Positions 13,110 through 25,762 of a DNA stretch of 64,000 nt are shown here, piece after piece. Origin of the DNA: Callorhinchus milii (taxonomy: Eukaryota). Within the stretch, counting starts at the first letter, position 1; each line of letters opens with the position of its first letter. The notes below the pieces were generated by a model. The model was not told the origin of the DNA and did no database searches. It saw only the letters and a list, made by a program, of their open reading frames with translations. The translations under genes and the position numbers were made by a program. The stretch spans positions 14,198,001 through 14,262,000 of the forward strand of contig NW_024704752.1 of the NCBI RefSeq assembly GCF_018977255.1. Reading direction: 5' to 3'.

Positions 13110-13910
13110 CTGGTCAGCCTGATCCAATATCTTTCTCACCTCTGATTAAGAAGTTTGTGGGTTCCAAACCCCAAGTGGCAACTTTGATGTCATAGTCCAG
13201 GTTGACACTCCGATGCCTTGCTGCAAGCGCGCTGTGTTATCAGAGGTGCCATCCTTTGGGTGAGGTATTGCAACTGTGGTCCAGCTTTCCTGTGCAAGTT
13301 AGGTGTCAGCCTGACTCATTCTCTTCTCTGAGGCAGAAGGCCATGTGTTCAATCCCCTACTTAGGACTTTGAACTCAGTGCCTTGGGACTTCCTTCCGAC
13401 GTGAAAGGTGCTATACAAATGTGATTTTGTTGTTGTTGTCGTTTGAACTCACAGTCTAGGCTGACACTCTAATACAGTGCTAGGGGTAATGGTACAGTAA
13501 CAGAGTGTCGTCCATCGAGGAAACGTTAAAATCGAGACCCAATCTGCCTGTTCAAATGGGGTATTAAAGATCCCACGACATTATTTGAAAACGAGAAAGG
13601 AGTTTCTCCTAGCATCTTGGCCTACGAACCACTAGATAAAATAAGTCATAAGCTTCATGGGCGTTTCTGTGTCACTGTTGTACAAGAATTGGCTGTCGTA
13701 TTACCCTACAAAATCTTGTGAAGTGCTTTGAGACGTATCGATGACATTATAAGGCACTATATCAAATGCAAGAATTACTGTTATTTACTATTACGTTAAA
13801 GATCCCATGGCACTATTTGAAAAGGGAAGGGAGTTTCTCCTGGTGTCCTGGCAACAATTCCCAGATAAAACATTGGTCATTGACTTCATGGCTGTTTATG
13901 AGACATTGCG
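13110..13910 (+). mobile_element. Cluster of older, diverged Deu-domain SINE copies (nested)
   Basis: Repeated AAAGATCCCATGGCACTATTTGAA..GGAGTTTCTCCTGGTGTCCTGG motifs; relatives at about 36105-36330, 52440-52610, 54960-55175 and 57880-58155. Confidence 0.65.
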
Positions 13911-13914
13911 CGAA

Positions 13915-14100
13915 AGGACGCAAGCTGCAGAGTTCTGAATTATCTGCACCCTGTGGAGGGAAGAGTTGGGAAGTTAGGGAAGCAAGGAGTTAGCATAGTC
14001 AAGCCTGGACATGATGAAAGCATGGATGAAGGTTTCGGTGGCCCGAGGGAAGAGGTAGTTGTGGAGGTGGGAGAGGGTAGAACAGGTCATGGCAGGTTGC
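13915..14100 (-). mobile_element. L2 ORF2 fragment
   Basis: The minus strand encodes FIHAFIMSRLDYANSLL. Confidence 0.7.
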
Positions 14101-14230
14101 AGGATTTATTAACAACTGGCTAACCATGCACTTATCTCAAATAAGGAAGTTCAAATCAGCCTCAGTTTTTATTATTAACATGTTTTGTTTTCTATAAATT
14201 AACCCGGTGGTATGAGTAGTTCGTTTAGAA

Positions 14231-14551
14231 ATAATAATAATAATAATAATAATAATCCTTGCATTTGATATAGCGCTTTTCACGTCGGGAGGATGTCCCA
14301 AAGCGCTTCACAGAAGACACTGTAAAGTGAATTGACTGTATATTTGTGGGCGAACGCGGCAGCCAATTGCGCACAGCAATGTCCCACAAACAGTCGTAGA
14401 TTGAAAATGACCAATTTTAATTATTGTTTTTGGTTTTTGGAGGGATTATTATTAGGCGTGTGGGTTTGCCCAAGGTTTCGCCCTGCCTGGAATTGAACTT
14501 AGGTCTCTCACTTGCAAAGCGAGTGCTCTAACCACTGAGCTACAGGACTCC
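14231..14551 (-). mobile_element. Young tRNA-derived SINE copy
   Basis: Reverse complement is nearly identical to 8762-9081, with a small internal deletion. Confidence 0.9.
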
Positions 14552-14923
14552 ACATAGCCTTTTGCTTGTCCTGATACCAATTAATGGGGGCAGCAAAATA
14601 TACCACATTAGGTGGAACAAGATAGTCAAGCCAAGACGACTTAAAATAATTAAGTACCTCTCCACAATCTCTTTGAAAAAGATCGGAAAGAGAAATGAGA
14701 TGTCACCTCAATGAGAATGAAAAAAAAATTCTCTTAAGTTTATTAAATGACCAAAAACTGTTTATACTGATATGGTGTGACACTGTCACTTCCTCCAGAC
14801 TCAAACAAAAATATCACTGTAACACCACCGACAAAAATAAACTCATGACCAGAAAAAGCCTGGACCTAAGGTTTGTTTCCTTTACATTGCTTCTACTGCT
14901 ATATTAGGTGTGGCTTGATTCTT

Positions 14924-14929
14924 TATAAG
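14924..14929 (+). promoter_or_regulatory. Probable TATA box of gene B
   Basis: TATAAG 63 bp upstream of the ATG. Confidence 0.5.
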
Positions 14930-14986
14930 TATCCGGTTTGCAAAGTTGGATTAAACTTACAAGCAACGCAAATTGGAACCTTCATC

Positions 14987-16661
14987 ATGCAATGCCTGTT
15001 GGACAGAAGATTGACTCATATCGCTTTGCTTGTGATGGTCTTTGCTTTTATTACTGTCGTTGGCGGCAATTGTAAGTTTGATATGCTTTTGGCTTTTACA
15101 ATAGTTACTTTGCCAGATGTAGAACAAAAAAAATCTTAAAAATCAAGTTTCCAAAGTCTTTTACTGACTTCGGAAACAAGTGATGTGTAGAAAAGGATGT
15201 TTCACTAAACTACTTAAAAGACATTTTCACTGATAAGGAAGTGCTGTTGACTCTTTGCTTTAACAGATCTACGGCCAAGCTCAGTTACCACAAGCTGCTG
15301 CCGCTCTGTATCCTCGAAAAAGGTTCCTTTTACTATCACCCATTATAGGATCCAGAAGGCTCTGAAACCCTGTATCGCAGCTGTCATGTAAGTAAGCTGT
15401 CTTTAAACATATTGTTTATGCCACCAGGTCAATTCAGAGATAAGAATGTTGGGTCTCAGAACACGAAAGCACCATTTTCTCATCAAAATAGAAGATTCCT
15501 TTCATATAGTCACATGCAAGTAGTGTCATGGGACCTTTGATGTCCACTTGAACAAGCACATGGGGCCTCAGTTTAATGTCTTGTTCAAAGGCTTAACAGA
15601 AACTGAGTGGAAAGAATCCTGCTCCTTAGTAACTGGTCAACTGCGTGTGGAGTACTGTCAATCTGCCTGGCTCAGGAAACAGACAGCCAAGACCACCACA
15701 AAGGATCAAGTCAATTCTGATCTTCCATTGCCAACCATATCACCTTAGAACCAACTCAGCCCCAGAGAGGCTCTGTTTTCTTCTCCCCACCCCTGCCCTC
15801 TCCACATTCCCCCACAGTAGGATAGAAGAAAATAGATCAATGACAATGAATGACAAAGTTGTATTTCAATCAAGTTATCATTAAAGTAATAACGAAAATA
15901 TCATGGGAAATCTTGATAGCCTTAAGAATAAGGGGATCAATTTTTTTTAACTGTTACCCTACAAGAGGCATTGACACTGTATATGTCAGGCACCAAGACA
16001 CCATCATTGGGACTCTGAGTGACCTTCGAGCGTGCAGTATAAATGGGACTCAACCCGCTCTAGACACCACCTGCTACAAGCAAAGGCACTTTCAGTCCAA
16101 CAGGATTAAAGAAGATAATAATAACAATGCTTTATTTTATGTTTAGATTCTACACCAAAGAGAAGGGGGCAATTTGTGCTCATCCAAAAGCATATTGGGT
16201 GAGAAAGAAGATAAGAGAAATAAAGTAAGTAAGGCACGCAATGCGATATTGTCCGATGGCCTTTCTAATACTCTTTATACTGTGCATTTGGTGCAAACGC
16301 TGGGCCAAGATTCTTGGTATACTAAAGCTACTAGTGAGGGCTGATCATATGAGCAACTGAGAGAAGCTCTTTGTGTTTTTCTTTGCCACACTAACAGTGT
16401 AATTGCCACTGACATAATGCTTGCTTTTTAACTTGCAACTCATACTTCAGTCCAACAGGATTAAAGAACGCAGATGTCTAGTCAATGTGAAGCCATCAAC
16501 TAACAAAGCTGATCAAGTACTAGACTGCATCGCGAGAATATTATTCTAACCTTGCATGGATCTCAGGCCATTCTGAGGTTTGTTAACTGCAATTTTGTGT
16601 CTAAAGCCTCTTCCTTTACCTAAACAGTTCCCCTGCTCATCATGCCAAAAAGATCAAGTAA
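14987..16661 (+). CDS. CC chemokine, CCL34-like (gene B), 4 exons: 14987-15071, 15267-15387, 16147-16224, 16628-16661; 105 aa
   Basis: MQCLLDRRLTHIALLVMVFAFITVVGGN-YLRPSSVTTSCCRSVSSKKVPFTITHYRIQKALKPCIAAVI-FYTKEKGAICAHPKAYWVRKKIREIN-SPAHHAKKIK*. All three donors are GTAAGT. Exon 2 and 3 sizes (121/78) are identical to gene A. TATAA at 14924. Exon 4 is the least certain. Confidence 0.92.
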
Positions 16662-19600
16662 GCTGCTTCGCCAAAACATGATGGAAATGAAAAGTCCAGC
16701 AAAGCGCTCTCTGCAGCAGCATCTTTCATCTGAAATTACAGATATTATTTAATATTATGTAATTGCTTCTGTAGTATGTTTAATGTAAATTATTGTAAAT
16801 TGAATATGTAACTCATGTAAAATGATTTATTTTAGTGTGTACTGAACTCTGTAATGTCAGTTTGTATGTCCGTTATTGCCATTGTATAGGGATCTGTACC
16901 AATATCAAATGGATGTCACCCTCCTGTCAAAAAAAGTAATATTGCAAAACAAACTGACATCAGTATGTCTATATACATACTGTTTACCTAGCAATAAGTA
17001 GGAACCCAGTTGTTAGTCGATTGGAGGATTGTTTTTCCGAGGTTAATAATCCTTAAAAAATAATAATTTGGTCATTCAATCCACGACTGTTTGTGGGACA
17101 TTGCTATGTGTTTCATCCACAAATATACATTTAATTCACTTTACAGTATATTCTGTGAAGCGCTTTGAGACGTCTTGAGACCTGAAAAGCGTAATATCAA
17201 ATGCAAGGATTATTATCGTTATATAAAGCTGCAGTTGTATTCAAATTTTTATTACTGATTTGATTTTGGATGTGCCTTGAGTGAATGTAAACTGTGCAAT
17301 ATTGCTGTAATTCATTCCTTCCTTCACTCTTCAGCCTTTCCTAAAACTATAAGTTTTGAACTTTTGTAAGTCTTTACTACGTCTGTTCAAGAATGCTATT
17401 TTTCTCCTTTCAACCGTTCTCGTGCAATGTATTTAATGTCCCTGCAAATAAAACAAGTTAAGTTTAATGATAATAGTGACATGTGATTGACTTTAAAGCA
17501 AGGGGTTAATGAAGAAGATATCAATAAAAAACAAAGTTTTCATTTATGCTGAACACACTACTTTAGAAACACAACAGAAAGAGTTCTCAGGAACGTTCCT
17601 CATAGAAAGAGATGCAAAAGAATCACTTCCATTTCTGGAGGTCATTGTGGTTACCACATGTGGCTTGGAACTGCTCGTCTCTTTGTGTTCGGAGCCTTGT
17701 CATTCAAAATAACATAAGATTGGTTTGGATAAAGAAGGCCATTTATCGCATCGGTTCTCATCCTTCCAGAATACCCTTAGGCTGCTTTATAAAATCACAA
17801 TTTCAGATACTATGCCTTGCAGTGTTTCCTAAACAGAGTAATATGCCTTTTGGTACAGTCTTGTGACTTGGCGTGCTGAATAGAAAGCCATATTTGCACT
17901 TCATGCATTCAATACAAGAACAATTCTTCATAATACCTTGTATTAATGGGAAATAGGGTATTTTTATCATTATTATTATTACAGCACAACCTGAAATCAT
18001 CAGCAACAATTGCATAGTATCACCACCTACACCATATGAATTATATTTTATAATTATTTTTGAATCATTTTATACTGCTGTGATATTGCATATTTCGTGG
18101 CTATTTGTTGTAAAATGTACAATATAAAAATAAGATGTGCTGCTTTCAGAATCTGTCGGGAATTAACTAAAAGTATTGTGCTGGATTTGATTTTGAGGCT
18201 CTGTGGTCATTGAAGTGTTAATTCTGTTGAGAGTATTACATTGAACCTCTGTTCTAAAATTCACCCCAAAACTTCCCTGTTTATGCTAGTTAATAATATT
18301 ACCCACTGCAGTAAAAGCAAAACAACTGTAGCTAACGACAGTACTCAAAGTTGTTAGCAAGTGGAGCTCTTGCAGCTCAGACCTATGTGTGATGTATCTT
18401 AGAACATTATTTGTTTGCAAAGCAATCTATGGAAACTTAGATAATTCCGTATCTGATTTATTATAACTGGAAATTGAAATTATATTTCCACGATCATATT
18501 AAAACATATCCCCAGGACTATTTATGAAAAGTCCTGTAGAGGGTGTACAGTTGTATTTAGCAACATTACAGTTAATGCTCATCCTTTCCACTACACTTAC
18601 CCAGCTTCCTACTCCCACCAATGCCGACAAGGAAGTTGTGGCTTCTCACTGCCCACCATTACTTCCCACATATAGAGCTCAAAAGATCCGACCTCGGTAA
18701 CATCAAACACTTATGATTATGTAGTATTTATCTTTTTGCCGCTGTGACTTTTCAGAAACTCCTAGTTACTAGATCGGAGCTTCCTTCCCATGATACAAAA
18801 CCAAGCAATTTTCCAGATACGTTTTGGATGGCAACACCCACATTGTTCAGCGGGATCAAAGATCAAAGGGAACCTTTCAGGAGATAGCCCAAGACATTCT
18901 TAGTTACCTGGAAACTCCAGCAGTACCCCAACATACACTACGGAGTCCGCAAGCCTTGGCTTTTGCCAGCCTGCAACAAATACTCTTGGAATTAGGAAAG
19001 CAGCGTATGTCTCTGCACGGAGAGAGTGCACTGCATATTCCAGACAAGGGAAAAATTTCCATTTGTTAGGTGATTTTTTTTTCACATGTATCAGAAACAC
19101 GGGTAATCCAAACAAAATTGCTGATTAAATAAAACAGCACCGCACAGTGGTGAAAGAAAATTCTACATCAGATTTGTTTGACTTTTCTGCATTTCCTTTT
19201 GATTTGGGGAAACCTCAGGAGATCCGGGTGATAAGAACTGAACTCACTTTGAAGGAGTGAGAGGAGAATTTCCTACCCCTACTGAAGCAGTTTCCTTATA
19301 AGCTGAACGCACTCCATGCAAGAGAAGAGGTTGAGTGACCTGTATTCTCTGGTTGAGAACGTACAGCTACAAGGTTTCTGGATTGTCTTTGATGCTACGC
19401 TTCTGCACCTAAGATCAAATACACACTTACCTTCTGTGATGTGCAGACGACTTTGAAATAGAGAAATAAACATTTGTCTGCAAGGCAAAGGTGTAATCAA
19501 ATCAGGTGTTAGCCTTTTCAGGAAAATAAATCAGTTTTGTTACCAGGCCATTTCTGTCTCTTGTTTTATCCAGTACAAAACAAACTGCCACTCTTATTAC

Positions 19601-19993
19601 TTTCACCTACCAAATACATAGTCATTATACTATAGAATAAATCCTGTGAAGCACTTCGAGATGACTTCCTGAAGTGAAAGGGGCTATATCAAATAATAAT
19701 AACAATAATAATAATAATAATGCAAGTATTCTAATTTAATATTGCGACTAATTTGCTAGAATGCTGCCTTTCAGCACTGTGAATCAACCTGGATATGAAT
19801 TTAGTCAAGAGGGATAGGATGCAAATCTCTCCTCTCCACTTCGTTATAACTATTCTTTCTGTGTAAAATGGCTTTGGGCAATTTCAGCTAAAAAAAATCA
19901 TTAAGTTCACAGTAGAAAACTGGGTTGTTTTCAGATTGCACCTGAAGACTTTCCACTTCAATTGTGCCTGCGGTTATCTGTACGGGTTATCAT

Positions 19994-20290
19994 AATAATA
20001 ATAATAATAATAACAATAATAATAATAACAATAATAATAATAACAATAACAATAATAATCCTTGCATTTGATGTAGCACTTTTCACATCTTCTAGACATC
20101 TCAAAGCGCTTCACAGAATATGTTGTAAAGTGAATTAACTGTATATTTGTGGGCGAAACGCGGCAGCCAATTGCGCACAGCAGTGTCCCACAAACAGCTG
20201 TGGATTGAAAATGACCAATTTATTATTGTTTTGTTTCTCGGCGAGATTATTATTAGGCGTGTGCCGTAAGGAAACTTGCCCAAGGTTTCG
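19994..20290 (-). mobile_element. SINE copy lacking the tRNA head, with long (AAT/AAC)n tail
   Basis: Homologous to the body and tail of 8762-9081. Confidence 0.8.
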
Positions 20291-20508
20291 CTTTTAATAA
20301 TTTAATAATAAAGAGTTAGACTCAAGCTACAATTAGTGTTTCAAGGCGCTACTCTGCGCAAATGCAAGTTGTTATTGTTGTAGTCGTTGTTGTAATATGA
20401 CAAAATGTTCAAAAATCTTAAGAATGTTTTATGTGAAAGTGGAAATGTCACATAAGCGAAGTAGATGGCGTTCTTCTATGGTACAGGATAAGAACATTGT
20501 TGAAACAG

Positions 20509-20564
<56 letters not shown>

Positions 20565-20871
20565 CCTTGCATTTGATATAGCGCTTTTCACGTCGGGAGG
20601 ACGTCCCAAAGCGCTTCACAGAACACACTGTAAAGTGAATTGACTGTATATTTGTGGGCGAACGCGGCAGCCAATTGCGCACAGCGATGTCCCACAAACA
20701 GTCATGGATTGAAAATGACCAATTTATTATTGTTTTTGGTTTTGGAGGGATTATTATTCGGCTCTGTGTGGAGTAAGGAAACTTGCCCAAGGTTTCGCCC
20801 TCTGCCTGGAATTGAACTTCAGATCTCTCGCTTGCAAAGCGAGTGCTCTAACCACTGAGCTACAGGACTCC
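20509..20871 (-). mobile_element. Young tRNA-derived SINE copy with long (AAT)n tail
   Basis: Full-length reverse copy. Confidence 0.9.
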
Positions 20872-20923
20872 GAGATCCCTTGGGGTGTGGCTGTGCATTA
20901 CGTGGAGCCTGAAAATGTTCAAT

Positions 20924-20940
20924 CTGCCACGAGGTGGCCA
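20924..20940 (+). promoter_or_regulatory. CTCF-like motif CTGCCACGAGGTGGCCA
   Basis: Resembles the CCASYAGRKGGCR core; motif match by eye only. Confidence 0.4.
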
Positions 20941-22108
20941 AAGTTACAATGCATTTCACTTCACCAACATCCCTGACCTGAGATGACAATCACCAAATAA
21001 TCTAAATTAAAAATAAACTTTAATACGTTTTTTAAAAAAATTAAATATATACAATAAATGTTTTACTTGCAGATTCTAACGTCATGTTGTGATTACACAA
21101 AAACACAGTGAGGTTTCACTGGGAACTATTCTTAGTTGCTTGGCAGCTGCAACTTATTAAGCCCTCTCCCATACTGTATCTTGGAATTGTTCCATTAATA
21201 GGACAGATAGTGTGTCTTGCATTGTGGTTGTGCAGATTAAGTTAAGATAATATAAAATAATTTTTGTGGCAATAATTTCACACATAATCACCAGCATAAA
21301 TTACACCCAAATGTACCAGTCAGACGTTCTTTATATTGCGAATTTGTGACATTTCACAGCAGATTCAATGTGAATGATATGTAACAAGCCGAATTTCAAT
21401 CAATAATTTTTGAATGCTTTGAGCTCTAAATCAGCCACGCAGCTCTAGGACATTATTTTGGGCTTCAGCAGCTTTGTAAAGGTCACTGTCTTTGCTTAGG
21501 CCGAACAGACAATATAGAGTAAAGTGCTGATAACTAAAGGGGCTCATTGATGAGTTATCTGGAGTGCCAAGTTAGGCACATGTATCAACACATAAATAAA
21601 TGCAGATGGGATATTGACAGCATGATGACGTAAGTCTCAAATGGTAGTGTAAGACAAGCCAGAGTCGAGTTTACTGTATATATATATNAAATAGTATTAA
21701 GTTATTTAGCATTTGAAGCCTCTTTACAGGATACTGGCTGAATTAAGATAACATTGAATCTTCAGCTGAGGAATGCCATTCTCCACATTCGGAGTGTGGA
21801 TAAGTTTGGGCCTTTGAAACATCCACCACAAGGTGTAGGGGTAATCATAATGGCTTCTGCAGCTAACAATCTCTAAATCTTAAACTCTCAGTCACAGAAC
21901 GTATAGTATGAAGTCTCCCCCACCCACCCACAATGCTTTATTTCCATCTGCAGAACTCCGAAAGCAGAGTTTTAAGACTCAAATCATTTCCGCTCGACAG
22001 GGACTGAGGGATAGGATGCCTTTGCGATGTGTTTGTTCATTTGCCTGCCCTGCTCCCAAGTATTTCTGGACAATCATCTGGACAAACAACAATCAATAAT
22101 AATATTAG

Positions 22109-22127
22109 TGGCCGCTAGGTGGCATTA
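22109..22127 (+). promoter_or_regulatory. CTCF-like motif TGGCCGCTAGGTGGCATTA
   Basis: Strong match to the CTCF core consensus, isolated in AT-rich unique sequence. Confidence 0.55.
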
Positions 22128-22248
22128 TTGTGTTATTATACATTGCAATTTGCATTCCTGAAGTCATGTTGTAAAGAGTCTAAACACAATATATTCATCA
22201 TGGCATCAATAAAACGTCCAGAAAACAGAACAGCGGCAGGTTGGGGCT

Positions 22249-22705
22249 AACAACAACAACAACAACAACAAGATTCCATTTATTGAGCGCCTTTCACGTC
22301 GGGAGGACGTCCCGAGGCGCTGTACAGTTGGGTCAGGACCCGAGCATTGGGGGGAAATGGTCAGGGTGAGGGGAGGGAAGGGAGGGAGCGAGGAGGGGGT
22401 AGAGAGTCGAGAGGGGAGCTGAAGGCACAGTCAAAGAGAAAGGTCTTGAGACCGGCCTTGAAGGAGGAAAGGGAGGAGGCGGCGAAGGCACTGGGGGATG
22501 GAGTTCCAGAGCCTCGGGGCTGAGAGGCTGAAGGCCCGGCCACCGATGGTAGGGCGGTTGGGGCGGGGGATGTGGAGCAGACCGGAGCCGGAGGAACGGA
22601 GGGTACGGGCAGGTAGGTAGGGGGATAGTAGGTCGGAGAGGTAGGAGGGAGCGAGGCCGTGAATGGCCTTGTAGGTGAGGATGAGGATCTTTGAATTCTA
22701 ACAGT
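22249..22705 (-). mobile_element. L2 3' fragment, relatively young and GC-rich
   Basis: The minus strand encodes ILILTYKAIHGLAPSYLS and SFKAGLKTFLF, then the hairpin tail and (TTG)n. Confidence 0.85.
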
Positions 22706-23494
22706 TGCAAGGACAGGAATTAGTTTTTAATTGAAAGCCGTTCAGGCTATGTCCTTGCTAAATTGTCAGCCCGTCGATGATTCTTGCAGCTGAAGTCACA
22801 TGAAATTGGGAGATCATTTTACGTTTAACCCTTCCCTAATCAGAGATTGTCTCTGCACCACCAACGTCTCAGCCAATCTCTAAATATGAATGCATTATTC
22901 AGTAACATTTGGATGTACAGTTACCAAGTAATGGCATTCAACTGCTGAGAAGCCAAGTGGAGGACACCTTGTCAAGGATAAAGGATAACTGACTATAATG
23001 GCAAACATTTTCTCAGGAAAGGGCAAATCTCAACTTGGGGATGGAGTTGATCAACGAGAGATCAGAGTCCTTTTTTCTGAAGTTGTGTATTATATTTTGG
23101 ATCTAGTGATGTTTGATGGTCTACTGACTTCATTATGTTACTAAAGGATGTCATGGAAGCAAAACGTGCAATAACAATCTGTGTTTTTCACACAAGTTGC
23201 TCTGCCGACCTGCGCATGATAACAGTGGAGGATGGGAAGTGCTTTCTGAACCAGTGGGATATCACCCTTATATACGTATAGCAGTGAAAACACAGGGTCT
23301 GTTCCGCTGCAGGTCATTAAGAGCTCCCAGCTCCCATTAAGTTAGCGCAAGAACCTTCAACTTATCATTCTGCATCATCAGCAAAGATATGGGTGTAGAA
23401 ACAACCCACTAGGTTGTTTGCTTTTATATGACTTGGATTCAGTACATAGCGTAGCAGGACATTTAAATCAGGTTTCATTCTCCACATTTCTATC

Positions 23495-23760
23495 AACAAC
23501 TTATATTTCTATAGCTCTTTTAAACATAGGAATACATCTCAAAGCGTATGGTGGAGTAGGAAGGAAATGATTGAAGGTACCGTGAAAGAGGTACCGTTTT
23601 ATAAGGGTTTTGAAAACAGAGCTCAAAATGGAGGTATTTATAGTGAGAGTTCCAGAGAGCAGGAGCAAAGCGTCTAAAGTCTCCCCTACAAATGTTTGGG
23701 CAGAGGAGGTGGGGGAATCGTGGAGAAGACCTTGGTTGGCAGAGCAAAGGGAACGGGCTA
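23495..23760 (-). mobile_element. Old L2 3' fragment
   Basis: FRRFAPALWNS and FKTLIKRYLF motifs on the minus strand. Confidence 0.55.
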
Positions 23761-25762
23761 GTTTCCAGCTAAATTGCTGGAAACAAAGCATCCTTGCTGC
23801 CAGTACTATAAACTCAACATGAAATGTTGCTCATGGTGCTTGATACATTACAAACTATTCTGTGCTCAAGTCTCCTTCACAAAGACAGAAGTTTGAGCTC
23901 TTGTCACCAAATGTCAATAGTGTGTTGGACAGAGAATAAACATGGCGAGGGATGCAGTACACAGTTATGATGGATTGGAGGGTTGACATGACACTGGAAA
24001 CTGAGAATGAAGCTCAATAATTTTAGACATCCAAAACCTCAAGAATTGCGTTAGAGACATGTACATGCTATTTCCCTTATTAGAGATTTTACTTTCCAAT
24101 ACCAACACTAATACGTATAATGACTGCCAGGTTTTGCCTTCCAGCGTTGCATTAATTGACACTGAGAGGGATTAAAGTAGTGAGTGAATGCCAGTGCACT
24201 AAATGCCCACTTCCTTTTGCTGTATCATTTCATTACTCCAATGTTTGACCAGGGTGAGCAAGCAAGAAAAGAAGGTGTTACTTGCATTCACATTTTTTTA
24301 ATGAACTAACATTGTTTTTTATTACACAGAACGCTGCATGTGTTCAGGTTTAAAATCTATTACACAATGTATGTCTGTAAGTTTATTGTTTTACACAGCT
24401 CTGAATATCACATATCCTCCAGTGGTCAGGTACTAACCATTGTGTGAACTTTGTTTCCGAACTTTCTTCATAGTTTACAGTGAAAACTATGAAAGGAAAT
24501 AAGTTGACTATTTTAGAGTCAGTCGTTGCTTCTGCAGCTCATTTTGATTGATAATATTTGATTGAGCATTATTCAATGTGGTGGATAAGATCATGCGATC
24601 ATTTTTAACAGTCAAAAATATAAGTGGTTTATGACCAAACAGTAGCACGTGGTGAAGCACCAAATACTAGGGACATCAGTGCTCAGTATAGAGCCTATGT
24701 TAAAATGATTTAAAGTGTAATTGATGTCAAGGGTACTGTTTGTGTATTTGTAGACAAACTAGAAAATTACTTCATTGTGAACACAGTCCTTAAATAAACA
24801 ATTGCTGCTTTTTAAATTGTGATCACTTCCGTCAATCACAAACATTAAAACAGTCATTAAACAATTGTGTATGAAATGAAGTAATTTTCCAAAATATGTG
24901 GCTGTTAAGATGTTTTTGTCTGCAGGGATAATTTCGTCTTGGCATATAACATTACACAGTTTAGAAAAATCCTTGAATTGATTTAAGTTGGCAGCTATTT
25001 TTTTAAGTCAGCTTGCAAATTAAGTCTGCATTTTCCAGATAACTTAGAACATTTTAAGACAGAGATAGTCTTACAGGTTAAGTCTAGATAAAATTGTCGG
25101 AACATTGAGGTCAGCTATCGTGTGTTTGATAAGAGGAAACAGGAAGTTTGAGGCAGAGAGCTTGTTCTTTATCGGTGAGTTTGAATCATGACATTCAGTT
25201 AATGGTCATTAAAATGAGAGCACCAAGTGAGAACAGTACCAAAGTTTGCTTGCTATATTATTGCCCACAGGATGTTTAGGTTTGTTGTGCTGAAAACTTT
25301 GCTTTGTTTATTCAGCATTCATCCTGCATTTGAAACATCATGCATACACTTGGTATAGAATTAACAGAACAATTGAGAGGCGAAATGTTTTATGGGGTTT
25401 CCAAGCAAGAAACTCTATGACCCTGTTGTTCACGAACGACCCATTGAATCATTTTAAAGCTGGGGTTTGACAGTTCAAGTTCACTCAGATGTTTTAATTC
25501 TGAATTGTTTTTGACATTTTCAGAAACAACTTTTTTATAAACATAAGCATGATTGTTTTTTACTCCCCCCAGCAGTGTTGAGCCAAGGGCAATATCCTTG
25601 GTTTGTCTTAAATGTACTCCTGGTGTTTGCAGACACATGGGGCCTGGAATATGCATGATACAGGACTTGCATCCAGGCAAAACTGATATGCCTCAAGTTA
25701 CTGGCAGCACAATCATTGGCTTGTGCATCAAATGCAAACTTAAGCAAATGAACAACATTTGT

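Noticed and set aside
21676-21690. Single N within a (TA)n run at 21688
   Set aside because: Assembly ambiguity or a possible tiny gap; no biological signal.
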